The translations under genes and the position numbers were made by a program. A stretch of DNA of 63,918 nucleotides, the filler included, from Myxococcota bacterium (GTDB taxonomy: Bacteria; Myxococcota; Myxococcia; Myxococcales; Myxococcaceae), in assembly GCA_049322255.1 (NCBI GenBank). It is 3 parts of 3 records of this genome, joined end to end, with 100 filler letters (N's around TTAATTAATTAA, not from the genome) between each part and the next. Parts side by side here need not be neighbours in the genome. Positions count along the whole stretch, not along the records: positions 1 to 21,821 come from JBMORE010000073.1; 2 more parts are not named here. One strand, written 5' to 3'. The notes beneath the pieces are model-generated. The model was given only the letters and a program-made list of their open reading frames with translations. It had not been told where the DNA came from and did no database searches. The number at the start of each line of letters is the position of its first letter. Position 1 is the stretch's first letter. Shown piece after piece: positions 1 through 8,963 of this stretch.

Positions 1-125
1 ACCCGTTCAACTGCATCCAATCGCTTCCACTCCCGGTTGCTCAATTTCATCCCTCCCGGTTGCCACTTCGGAGACCGGAAGTTTTCGCTGAGCAGTTACT
101 CGGAAGTTATCGCTGAGCTACAACA
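1..125 (-). mobile_element. Left end of an IS (ISNCY/IS1202-like) with the start of its transposase (ATG at 50, runs off the window)
   Basis: Minus strand begins TGT at about 122-125. Two near-identical 18-bp repeats CGGAAGTT(T/A)TCGCTGAGC lie at 76-93 and 101-118. A GGGAGGG RBS precedes MKLSNREWKRLDAVER, which resembles ISNCY/IS481-type transposase N-termini. Confidence 0.6.
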
Positions 126-144
126 GGAAGGGGCTCTTGGCAAG

Positions 145-3100
145 CTACTGCTCGAGCTCCACCTCGCGTCCCACCTTCTGGGCCACCGCCGCAGGCCGCC
201 GGCGGATGACCAACATCTTCCGGGCGGAGAACTCCTGGCTCTCGCGGGCGACCACCAAAACGTGGTTGTTGCCTTCTTTGAGGGCAAAGTCGGTGGAGAA
301 GCGCAGCTTCTTGTCCGCTCCGCTGCCGCCTTTGAAGAAGACCTTCTGGTCGTTGACCAAGACGTACATGTCGAGCAGCTGGCCAGGATCGGTCACCACC
401 CCGGAGAGCACGTAGCGGTCTCCGGCGGCCACCACCCCTCCTTGGGCGGGGTTCACCGAGAGCGCGATGTGCGGCGGTTCGCGCGCCGCCAAGAAGTCGG
501 CCTGTCTGGCCGGCTGCGGTCTGCCCTTGGTCTCCTTGACGTCGGAGGCCTTGACGAAGACGAAGCGCTCCTTGTCCCACTCGACCTTGACCATCGCACC
601 CAAGCGGCCCAGCTCGGTGAAGGTGGCGCCCTTGCCCAGGCGAGCGATGGGAGGGGTCTGGGGGTCGGCGGTGCCGAACACCTCGGCCTTGTCGTTCACC
701 CTCACCTGTCCGCCCCGCCGGCCATCGACGACCTGCCCCTCGTCGCTCACCGGAATGAGGAGCTTGTCGGAGGTGAACTCCTCCAGCGGCTCGTCGACGA
801 TCGCCAGCTTCAAGGGGAAGGTGTCGTTCCGGTACGCCTTCTTCACCGTGAGCAAAAAGCGCGCGGTCTTGGTCTCCTTGGGGGCCAGCTCGCCCAGCTT
901 GAAGCGGCCCTTCTCGATGAAGACGTGCTGGTCGGCTGCGTTCTTGATCTGCGCGAACGCATCCAGCGCCTTGCCCTCGCCGACGTTGGTCACGTCCACC
1001 AGGAGCACCAGCTCCTCGCCGCGCTGCACGGTGCCATCGCCGTTGCAGCCTTGGCAGCTGTCGATCACCTGATAGTTGAAGGCGAAGGACGGCCGGGGCA
1101 GCTCGAGGAAGGAGAGCTCGCTCACCACCGCCTCGGAAAGCTCACCGCTCTCGTCGAAGAACTTCACCGTGACGTCGTCGCGGCGGGAGGTGAGGTCCTT
1201 GGGCAGCTTGACCGGCACTGACCACGAGCGTTTCTCTCCCGGCTCGAGGGCGCCGAACACGAACTCGCGGCGGTCGAGGAACCCGTTCTCCGACTCGGTC
1301 CAGGCGCGCAGGCGGCTGAGCGGCTCCGCCCCACGGTTCTCCACGGTGAGCTCGAGGTTCACCACCTCGCCGGCGGCAATCTTCGTCTCCGGACCGGGCT
1401 TGAGGGTCGCGGCCAGCTGCGCGTTCTTCGGGCGGGCGCCGCTCGACCAGTCGACCCCCAGCGCTCCGATGGCCGCGTTGATGCGCGTCTCCTCCTCGCC
1501 CCGCGTGTGCTCGACGAAGCCCTGGGCGGCAGCGAGCATGCGTTCGCGGTCGACGAAAGGCGCCTTGAGCACGTAGTCGCGGGCGAAGCGCACCTCGAAG
1601 TCTTCTTTGATCTCGTCCTGCGCCTCGGCGTCGAGCTGATCGTCCAGCTCTTCGTTGGTGGGCAGCTCGCTGTCGGTGAGAGGGTGCTTCTCGCCCTTTG
1701 GGCCCTTGGCGGCGATCTTCGCCTCGGCCGCGCGCTCCTCTTCCTTGAGGTACTTGAGCGACTCGAGCGGCTTGCCCCGCCCGATGACGTCGGCGCGCTT
1801 CTTGGCCGCCTCGGCGCTGGAGGGGTTGCCGAAGTGCCGGTCGAGGTCGGCCTCGCCCACCGAGCGGCGGGGAGCGAAGACGTCGATCCGCTCCTTTGTA
1901 ACGCGGGTGGGAACCAGCTCGATGTCGGGGACGATGCCCACTTCCTGGATGGAGACGTCTCCCGGGGTGAGGTACTTGGCGATGGTCAGCTTGAGCGCGC
2001 TCTCGTCGGGGAAGTCGTAGAGCACCTGCACGCTGCCCTTGCCGAAGGTCTGCCGGCCGATGATCACCGCCCGGTTCAGGTTCTTGAGCGCGCCGGCGAC
2101 GATTTCGGAGGCCGAAGCGCTGCCGGCGTTCACCAGCACCGCGACAGGGTAGGCGCCGTCGCCGTCGTCGGCGTGGGCGCGCTTCTCTTCCCGCAGCTTG
2201 TCGGAGAGTCCGACGGTGGCGACGATGGTGCCCTGCGAAAGGAAGAGGTCGGAGACGGAAATCGCCTGTTCGAGCAAGCCGCCGGGGTTGCCGCGCAGGT
2301 CGAGCACCAGGCCCTTGAGCTGGCCGTCGTTCGCTTGGGCCTGTTCTTGAAGCTGCTGCAGCGCCGCCTGCAAATGCCGGGTGGTGTTGCCCTGGAAGTT
2401 CTTCAGGCGCACGTAGCCGACGTTGTGGGCCAAGAGCTTCGACTGCACCGACTCGATGTTGATGAGCGCGCGGACGAGGGTCATGGCGTGCGGCTTGTCC
2501 CAACCTTTACGCTCGATGGTGATGGTGACCTTGGAGTCGACGGGGCCGCGCAGCTTCCCCACCGCCTCGTTCAAGTCCATGTTGACCGTCGACTCCTCGC
2601 CGATCTTGGTGATGAGGTCGTCTTTCTTGATGCCGGCGCGGTGCGCGGGGGTCTTGGGGAGCACCCGTACCACGGTGAGGTTGCCCTCCTTCATCTGGAT
2701 GACGAACCCCAAGCCGCCGAACTCCCCCTTGGTGGTGAGCTTCATCTCCCGGTACAGCTCGGGGCGCAGCAGCACCGAGTGCGGGTCGAGAGTAGAGAGC
2801 ATGCCGTTGACCGCCGCGTACTCGATGTCGCGGGTGTCATCGACGGGGCGCATGTTCTTGGCCACGAAGTCGAACACGTCCTTCAGGGTGAAGGACATCT
2901 TCCACAGGGAGTCGACGTGGCTGATGTCGAATTCCTTGAGCTTGCCGTTGACGTTGAGCTTGAGCTTGTTCGTCTCGGCGCTGCCCTCGACCATCACGTC
3001 GGGCACGCTCTTCTCCACGTACTCCAGCGCCGCCACCATCATCTCCTTGGGCTTGACGCGCTTGGGGTCGACGTAGTTGTCCTTCACGTAGATGATGACC

Positions 3101-3330
3101 TTGGTGAAGACCCGCAAGGCGGAAAGGTCGTGGCCGCTCTTCTCCGAGAGCGGGTTTTCGCGTGTCGGTTCCCAGCGAGTGGGGGCGGCCGCTGCGGCCG
3201 AGGTGGCGGCGTGAGGCCCGGCCACTGCTTCGCTCATGGTCAAAGGCAGCGGCGCGCGGTCGCTCCCCACGAAGGCCCATGCCCCGAGCAGGACGGCAAT
3301 GGCCAGGACGCGGCGTAGAATTCTAGGCAT
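145..3330 (-). CDS. S41 carboxyl-terminal processing protease with PDZ and C-terminal Ig-like domains (myxobacterial MXAN_5808-like)
   Basis: Signal peptide, LDPHS, GEFGGLG PDZ, DLRGNPGG, SASASEIVAG and TFGKGSVQ motifs. Start refined to MPRILRR. Confidence 0.92.
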   Translation of the reverse strand: MPRILRRVLAIAVLLGAWAFVGSDRAPLPLTMSEAVAGPHAATSAAAAAPTRWEPTRENPLSEKSGHDLSALRVFTKVIIYVKDNYVDPKRVKPKEMMVAALEYVEKSVPDVMVEGSAETNKLKLNVNGKLKEFDISHVDSLWKMSFTLKDVFDFVAKNMRPVDDTRDIEYAAVNGMLSTLDPHSVLLRPELYREMKLTTKGEFGGLGFVIQMKEGNLTVVRVLPKTPAHRAGIKKDDLITKIGEESTVNMDLNEAVGKLRGPVDSKVTITIERKGWDKPHAMTLVRALINIESVQSKLLAHNVGYVRLKNFQGNTTRHLQAALQQLQEQAQANDGQLKGLVLDLRGNPGGLLEQAISVSDLFLSQGTIVATVGLSDKLREEKRAHADDGDGAYPVAVLVNAGSASASEIVAGALKNLNRAVIIGRQTFGKGSVQVLYDFPDESALKLTIAKYLTPGDVSIQEVGIVPDIELVPTRVTKERIDVFAPRRSVGEADLDRHFGNPSSAEAAKKRADVIGRGKPLESLKYLKEEERAAEAKIAAKGPKGEKHPLTDSELPTNEELDDQLDAEAQDEIKEDFEVRFARDYVLKAPFVDRERMLAAAQGFVEHTRGEEETRINAAIGALGVDWSSGARPKNAQLAATLKPGPETKIAAGEVVNLELTVENRGAEPLSRLRAWTESENGFLDRREFVFGALEPGEKRSWSVPVKLPKDLTSRRDDVTVKFFDESGELSEAVVSELSFLELPRPSFAFNYQVIDSCQGCNGDGTVQRGEELVLLVDVTNVGEGKALDAFAQIKNAADQHVFIEKGRFKLGELAPKETKTARFLLTVKKAYRNDTFPLKLAIVDEPLEEFTSDKLLIPVSDEGQVVDGRRGGQVRVNDKAEVFGTADPQTPPIARLGKGATFTELGRLGAMVKVEWDKERFVFVKASDVKETKGRPQPARQADFLAAREPPHIALSVNPAQGGVVAAGDRYVLSGVVTDPGQLLDMYVLVNDQKVFFKGGSGADKKLRFSTDFALKEGNNHVLVVARESQEFSARKMLVIRRRPAAVAQKVGREVELEQ

Positions 3331-3401
3331 GTAGGGCTCTTTGCACGTGGGCGTGACCGATAAATGACCGTCGGCTCGGCCGCTCTGGCACCGACTGGGC
3401 A

Positions 3402-3430
3402 AGACTAATCACCGCCCCGGGGCGCTTCAA
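3402..3430 (-). promoter_or_regulatory. Putative sigma70 promoter of the S41 protease gene
   Basis: Minus strand TTGAAG-N17-TAGTCT. Confidence 0.5.
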
Positions 3431-3484
3431 GCGACGCAATTCGCACCTTGTAACCCGCTTGGGGTGCGCTGCGTTCCCTTCAAG

Positions 3485-4282
3485 TCAGCGCAGGTCTTGA
3501 AGGGCCGGTGGTGAAAGAGCCCCCGCGGCGCGAAGACCTCGGAAGAGCAGGGTGCCGGCGACGACCGCCAGGGGGATGAAGAAGAGGTTCAGCACCGGAA
3601 TCCACAGCAAGACGTAGATCGCCGCCCCAAACCCCAGCGCCAGACGCTTGCGCGACCACAGCGCCGGCACGACGTCGCGGAAGCGGTAGAGGTGGCGTGC
3701 CATCACCCCGCTCAGGTACTCGGCGGAGAGCCACCACATCGTCCACAGCGTGCTGGCCACGGTCCAAACGATGCTCCCGATGCCCGGCAAGAGGTGCAGC
3801 GCCAGGAGGAGCGCGTGCCCTCCAAGCAAGAGGGTGATGCGCTTGAGCGTGTGGGCGATGGACGCCAGCGCCCCTTTGAGGAAAAGACCCAAAGAGAAGG
3901 GCGGGGCGAAAAAGCCGCCGCACAGCTCCTCGGTGGCCTCGGAGAGGGGGTCTTGCAGGGGCGCGAGGAGCAAGAGTGGCACGGTGTTCGCCCCCACCAC
4001 CAGGAGCACCACGAAGGTCAACGCGGCCACGACGTACCAGAGGGCGGCGCCCACCCAGCCCTCCGGGCGGGCCCAAAACAGGCCCAAGAAGCTACCCGTC
4101 GCCGAGGGAAGGAAGACCAGCAGCGCGGCCAGCGCCACGAAAGTCACCACCGAGGCGAGGAGCGAAAGAAGAAAGAGCTTTCGGGAGCGAAAGACCAGGC
4201 CGACGGCGGTGAAAGGGAGCGACAAACCGCGGAGGAAGTCGGCCCACCCGGGCTGGGCGAAGGAGGGGACGGGGGTGCTCAT
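3485..4282 (-). CDS. EI24/CysZ-like membrane protein
   Basis: Multiple TM segments, APLQDPLSEATE, and C-terminal IPVLNLFFIPLAVVAGTLL. Confidence 0.85.
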   Translation of the reverse strand: MSTPVPSFAQPGWADFLRGLSLPFTAVGLVFRSRKLFLLSLLASVVTFVALAALLVFLPSATGSFLGLFWARPEGWVGAALWYVVAALTFVVLLVVGANTVPLLLLAPLQDPLSEATEELCGGFFAPPFSLGLFLKGALASIAHTLKRITLLLGGHALLLALHLLPGIGSIVWTVASTLWTMWWLSAEYLSGVMARHLYRFRDVVPALWSRKRLALGFGAAIYVLLWIPVLNLFFIPLAVVAGTLLFRGLRAAGALSPPALQDLR

Positions 4283-4376
4283 CACGGTCACATCTTGCTT
4301 TACAGCCGGGAGGGACGCCCATTTCGAAAGCGAAGCTGAATGGCAACGGGTGCTTCGAGGCCATAAACTGCCTCAC

Positions 4377-4955
4377 GTGAAGGCGCTCCACCGCAAGCCC
4401 GCCACCTACGAGGATCTCAAGGCGATTCCGGACACGATGATCGCCCAGATCGTCGGCGGGGAGCTCTACGCTTCCCCTCGCCCGGCATTTGGCCACGCGC
4501 GGGTGTCCTCGGTTCTCGGCATGAAGCTCGGAGGGCCCTTCGACCTGGGCGACGGCGGCCCGGGTGGCCGGTGGATTTTCTACGAACCCGAGCTCCACCT
4601 CCAGCGAGACATTCTCGTGCCTGACCTCGCCGGCTGGAGGAAGGCACGCATGCCCCGGCCGCCTGCTCCCAGCGAACCTTTTCTTACTCTGGCACCCGAC
4701 TGGGTGTGCGAGGTGCTCTCGCCCTCGACCGCCTCGCTCGACCGGGTGAAGAAGAAACATGTCTACGCACGCGAGGGTGTCTCGCACCTGTGGTTCATCG
4801 ATCCCCTGGCGAGGACACTCGAAGTGCTCCGCTTGGATGCCGGACGTTGGGTCGAGGTCGATTCCTACGAAGGCGACGCTCAGGTGCGCCCTGAGCCTTT
4901 CGAAGCGGTTGAGCTCGACCTCGCCGCTCTCTGGCTGCCGCAGGAGAACCCGTAA
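4377..4955 (+). CDS. Uma2 family PD-(D/E)xK endonuclease-like protein
   Basis: KPATYEDL...GELYASPRP...EPELHL...VPDLAGWR...APDWVCEVLSPST; GTG start. Confidence 0.9.
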   Translation: MKALHRKPATYEDLKAIPDTMIAQIVGGELYASPRPAFGHARVSSVLGMKLGGPFDLGDGGPGGRWIFYEPELHLQRDILVPDLAGWRKARMPRPPAPSEPFLTLAPDWVCEVLSPSTASLDRVKKKHVYAREGVSHLWFIDPLARTLEVLRLDAGRWVEVDSYEGDAQVRPEPFEAVELDLAALWLPQENP

Positions 4956-4968
4956 GCCACTTGCCCGC

Positions 4969-6309
4969 ATGTCTCTCGATCTGAAGACCGGTGAAGACCA
5001 GCCGGTCACCTCCCTGTCCGAGTTGGAGTCCTATTTCCGCGAGGCGGAGAAGCCCGCCGACGCGCTGCGGCTGGGGCTGGAGCACGAGAAGCTCGTCTAC
5101 CCGCGCGGGGGCGCGACTCCGGTGCCCTACGAAGGGCCGGCGGGTATCCGGGCCCTGCTCGAAAAACTCACCGCCGCTGGGTGGGAGCCATTTCGCGAGT
5201 CCCCTTCAGCGCCGCCCATCGCCCTCACCCGTGGAGAGGCAACCGTCTCCTTCGAGCCGGGAGGGCAGCTCGAGCTCTCCGGAACGCCGGTGACGACGGC
5301 CCGTGCGGCGCACGAAGAGAACTTGCGTCACCTGGCCGAGGTCAAGGCGGCGGCGGAGCCTTCGGGGCTCTCACTGGTGACGCTCGGGTACCGCCCCTTC
5401 GACAGCGTCGAGGCGATGCCGTGGATGCCCAAGAGCCGCTACCGGGCGATGCGGCAGACGTTGGGCGCGCGGGGGCGCTACGCGCTGAACATGATGTTGA
5501 TGACCGCCACCGGGCAGGTGTCACTCGATTGGACCGACGAGGCCGACTGCGCGCGCAAAGTCACTCTCGCCTCCCGGCTCACCCCGCTTTGGGTGGCGCT
5601 CTACGCCAACAGCCCGCTGGTCGAAGGCAGGCCCAGCGGTTTCATGTCCTTTCGCAGCGAGGTGTGGACAGGCGTCGACCCCTCGCGTTGCGGGTACGTG
5701 CCGGCGGTGTTCGACGGCTCGTTCAGCTACCGCGCCTACGTCGAGTGGGCGCTCGACGCGCCGCTTTTGTTCTTGCGCCGCCAAGGCGCCTACCTCACGC
5801 CGCCCATCACCTTTCGCGAGCTGCTCGCCCGCGGTTACCAGGGCACGGTGGCCACCCGCTCGGATTGGGTCGACCACCTCTCGACCCTCTTCCCCGAGGT
5901 GCGCATCAAGCGGGTGATGGAGGTGCGCGGAGCCGACGGGGTGAACCCCGCGCTCACCGGGGCGCTGGCGGCGCTTTTGCGCGGCATCTTCTACGACCGG
6001 GCGGCGATGGACGAGGCCGAGCAGCTTTTGCCCGCGCTCCGTCGCGACGAGCACCTCGCCTTTCACGCGGCGGCGCGGCGCGGTGGGCTTTCTCAGAGAT
6101 GGAAATCGGCGCGCCTGGCGGAGCTCGCCCTCGAGCTTTTGGCCATTGCGCGGCGGGGCCTTTTGCGCCTCGACGCGCTCGATGCGCCCCTGCTCGACCC
6201 ACTGGAGGAGCTGGCGCGCCAAGGCCGCTCACCCGCAGAAGAGGTGCTGGCGGCGTGGGCGGCGGCGCCCCGACCCGCGGAGCTGTTGCAGCGGTTCACC
6301 ATCGGCTGA
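4969..6309 (+). CDS. gshA: Glutamate--cysteine ligase (GCS2, plant/alphaproteobacterial type)
   Basis: LGLEHEK, EPGGQLELSG, WMPKSRY, ANSP, HLSTLFPEVRIKRVMEVRGAD. Confidence 0.9.
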   Translation: MSLDLKTGEDQPVTSLSELESYFREAEKPADALRLGLEHEKLVYPRGGATPVPYEGPAGIRALLEKLTAAGWEPFRESPSAPPIALTRGEATVSFEPGGQLELSGTPVTTARAAHEENLRHLAEVKAAAEPSGLSLVTLGYRPFDSVEAMPWMPKSRYRAMRQTLGARGRYALNMMLMTATGQVSLDWTDEADCARKVTLASRLTPLWVALYANSPLVEGRPSGFMSFRSEVWTGVDPSRCGYVPAVFDGSFSYRAYVEWALDAPLLFLRRQGAYLTPPITFRELLARGYQGTVATRSDWVDHLSTLFPEVRIKRVMEVRGADGVNPALTGALAALLRGIFYDRAAMDEAEQLLPALRRDEHLAFHAAARRGGLSQRWKSARLAELALELLAIARRGLLRLDALDAPLLDPLEELARQGRSPAEEVLAAWAAAPRPAELLQRFTIG

Positions 6310-6315
6310 AAGCCG

Positions 6316-8358
6316 TCAACCACGTCCGAAGAGCCGTTTGATGTTGCGCAAAAGGCCCTTGTCCGCCACAGGCTCCTCTCCCGGCAGGGGTGCTTGAGCC
6401 AAAAGCCCGCTGACCGTGGCTTCGCCGGCGTCGGTGGTGGCCAAGCTCAAGCGGGAGCTGCTCCCTCCCGGAACGGCAGCAGCGATGTCGAGCCGGCCGT
6501 CGGGGCTGACGGTGAAGCGTAAAGACAGATCCCCGCTCTTCTGTGCGGTCACCCGCAGCGCCCCCAGGTACTCGTTCTCCTCCGCCAGCGGGGAGCCTCC
6601 CTGGAAGACGGCCACCCCCATCGTCTGCCCGTTCTGCACCGGCAGGCTCACCGTCTTCTCCGCCGGCAGCCGGGTGTTGCGCTCCAGCACCCGCCGCATC
6701 GCCCCCCCGCGCACCGCGAAGCCGATGGGCGCCGAGAGCACTTCGGAGAGCGACACGCCCGCTTTGCCTTTTTCCTTGAGCAGCAGCGCATGCCCGAGGA
6801 TGGCCGCCCCCAATGCCACCGCCGAGTGCGGGTCGACATCGGTGCGCGCCGGCTTGTTCAAGAAGGCCTCCAGGCGCCGTCGCACCAGGGGCGCCCGGCT
6901 CTGTCCGCCAACCAGCAGCACCTCGTCGAGCATGTGCGGCGTCACGCCCCCCGCCTCCAGCACCGCCTGGGTGACCTCCACCGTGCGTTCCACCAGGTCC
7001 TGGGTGACCTCCTCCAAAGTGTTGCGGGCGACCTCGACGCTCAAGTCCACCGGGCTACCGTCGCCGCGGGTGGCGGCAAAAGGGACGTGCACCGAAGTCT
7101 TCTCCACGTCCGAGAGGGTGATTTTCGCTTGTTCGGCGGCGTCGCGAATGCGCTGCAGCGCGAGCAAAGAGCCGCTCACTTGCGCGCGCTCCTCTTCGGG
7201 CAAGCTGAGCGAGAGCCGCTCGGCCAGGCGGAGGTCGAAGTCCAACCCGCCTAGAAAGTTTTCGCCGCCCGTGGTGACCACCTCGAGGTCGTCGCCGGTG
7301 AGCTCGAGCACCGAGGCGTCGAAAGTGCCCCCACCCAGGTCGTAGACGAGAATGCGCTTGCGCGCCAACCCCCGGCCGTAGCCGAACGCCAGCGCCACCG
7401 CCGAAGGCTCGTTCAAGACGCGCAGCACCTCGAGGCCTGCGCGGCGACCGGCGTCGATCATCGCGGCGCGCTGGTGGTCGTTGAAGTAGGCCGGCACGCA
7501 CAGCACCGCCCGCGAAACCTCGTGGCCCAGCGCCTCCTGCGCCGAGGACTTGAGCACGCGTAGGAGCATGGCGCCGACTTCGGCGATGGGCACGACCTCG
7601 CCCCGAAGCTGCACCGCCGCGTCCCCGGCCTCGTCACTGACGATGGAATAGGGAAAGCGCTTGGCCAGCTCGTGCATCACGCGCGAACGGGCGCGCCGCC
7701 CCAAGAGCCGCTTTGCCCCGTAGATGGTGTGCTGCGGGGCGGTGAGCATCAGCGCTTTGGCGCGGGTGCCCACCAGCACGTGGCCCTTCTCGTCGATGGT
7801 CACCACCGAGGGAATGGCGGTCACTCGGCCGTCGTCCAACGGCACCAGGTGAGCCGCGCCGTCCTGGAACACTGCCACTCTCGAGTTGGTGGTGCCCAGG
7901 TCGATTCCCAAGACCACCTCCTGGGTGGCGCCGGCGAGGGAGGCGGGCTTGGGGAGCTCGGAGAGGAGGCGCCGCCGCGAGGGCTCGGCCCTCTCCGGCG
8001 TCGGTTCACGGGTGGGCTCGGGGGGCTCCGCCGGGGTACCGGTGCGGGCGTCGACCATCCGGTCGATGAACGCCTTGGTGCGAGCGTCGAGCCGGGTGAA
8101 ACGCACCGTCATCCCCGCGCGGCCTCCGCCCTGGTCGACCTGTGTTTTTTGCACCACCCCCTCGCCCCGCATCAGGCGGGTGCCGTCCTCGAGCACGAAC
8201 TCGAAGGCGATGCCGGTGCCTTCGGGTTTGATGGCCTTGGTGGCGATGAACACCCCGCCCCGGGCGACGTTGGAGCCGTACTTCTCGGTGAACTCCTCCT
8301 CGGTCCGGTAGGGGAGGCGGATGCGTAAGGGGACGAGCTTGGAGGGGGCGGTGCTCAA
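6316..8358 (-). CDS. TIGR02266 (PilZ-like) domain fused to Hsp70/DnaK-like ATPase with shortened substrate-binding domain
   Basis: N-terminal NVARGGVFI...GMTVRF; GIDLGTTNS, VPAYFND, YDLGGGTFDAS, VLLVGGQSRAP. TTG start inferred. Confidence 0.85.
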   Translation of the reverse strand: MSTAPSKLVPLRIRLPYRTEEEFTEKYGSNVARGGVFIATKAIKPEGTGIAFEFVLEDGTRLMRGEGVVQKTQVDQGGGRAGMTVRFTRLDARTKAFIDRMVDARTGTPAEPPEPTREPTPERAEPSRRRLLSELPKPASLAGATQEVVLGIDLGTTNSRVAVFQDGAAHLVPLDDGRVTAIPSVVTIDEKGHVLVGTRAKALMLTAPQHTIYGAKRLLGRRARSRVMHELAKRFPYSIVSDEAGDAAVQLRGEVVPIAEVGAMLLRVLKSSAQEALGHEVSRAVLCVPAYFNDHQRAAMIDAGRRAGLEVLRVLNEPSAVALAFGYGRGLARKRILVYDLGGGTFDASVLELTGDDLEVVTTGGENFLGGLDFDLRLAERLSLSLPEEERAQVSGSLLALQRIRDAAEQAKITLSDVEKTSVHVPFAATRGDGSPVDLSVEVARNTLEEVTQDLVERTVEVTQAVLEAGGVTPHMLDEVLLVGGQSRAPLVRRRLEAFLNKPARTDVDPHSAVALGAAILGHALLLKEKGKAGVSLSEVLSAPIGFAVRGGAMRRVLERNTRLPAEKTVSLPVQNGQTMGVAVFQGGSPLAEENEYLGALRVTAQKSGDLSLRFTVSPDGRLDIAAAVPGGSSSRLSLATTDAGEATVSGLLAQAPLPGEEPVADKGLLRNIKRLFGRG

Positions 8359-8366
8359 GACGGCGG

Positions 8367-8963
8367 CTATCCCAGGGGAATTCTCACATCGCCCATACCA
8401 CCGACCCCCGCCGGGAGCACCAGCGTCCACCCCCCGCGCTCGCCGCGGGGCAACTCAAAGAAAAGGACGATCTCCGAGCGCTCGTCTGGCGGAAAGGTGC
8501 GGTGCAGCGGCCGCGTGCCGGCAGCGCGCTGAGCGTCATGGGCCATCTCCACCTCCTGCCCTTCGTGCTCGAGGCGGGTGAAGGAGAAGTCGAGGGTGGT
8601 GGGCCCCGCGCCGACGTTTTGTGCGAGGAGCGTCACGCGGAGAAAAGTTGCTTCGGTCGTGAGGGTGAGCTTGCCGGCCGAGATGGAGTGACTGGAGGAC
8701 ACCCCGACGAGCTTCACCGCCACGGTTCCCAGGTGCACCGTGGGGTTGGCTTGCGGAAGGCGGCGCGCTCGCTCACGGTCGCCACGGGCGGCGAGGCGGG
8801 CGAGCTCTTCGTTCGGGTCCGGCGTGCCAGCTGCTGCCAATCGCTCCGATTCCTCCTTGAGCTTTCGCAAAAGCCGTTCGTCGTCGGGCGCGGGCTGGCC
8901 GGCCGGGCAGCCGCACAGGGCCGCGGGCACCAAGGCGAGCGCTCTCCAAGAGGGCCCCCTCAT
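8367..8963 (-). CDS. Putative lipoprotein with DUF4352-like Ig-fold domain
   Basis: MRGPSWRALALVPAALCGC lipobox-like signal; ATGA overlap with the alaS stop; FLRVTL..NVG...LFFELP pattern. Confidence 0.65.
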   Translation of the reverse strand: MRGPSWRALALVPAALCGCPAGQPAPDDERLLRKLKEESERLAAAGTPDPNEELARLAARGDRERARRLPQANPTVHLGTVAVKLVGVSSSHSISAGKLTLTTEATFLRVTLLAQNVGAGPTTLDFSFTRLEHEGQEVEMAHDAQRAAGTRPLHRTFPPDERSEIVLFFELPRGERGGWTLVLPAGVGGMGDVRIPLG

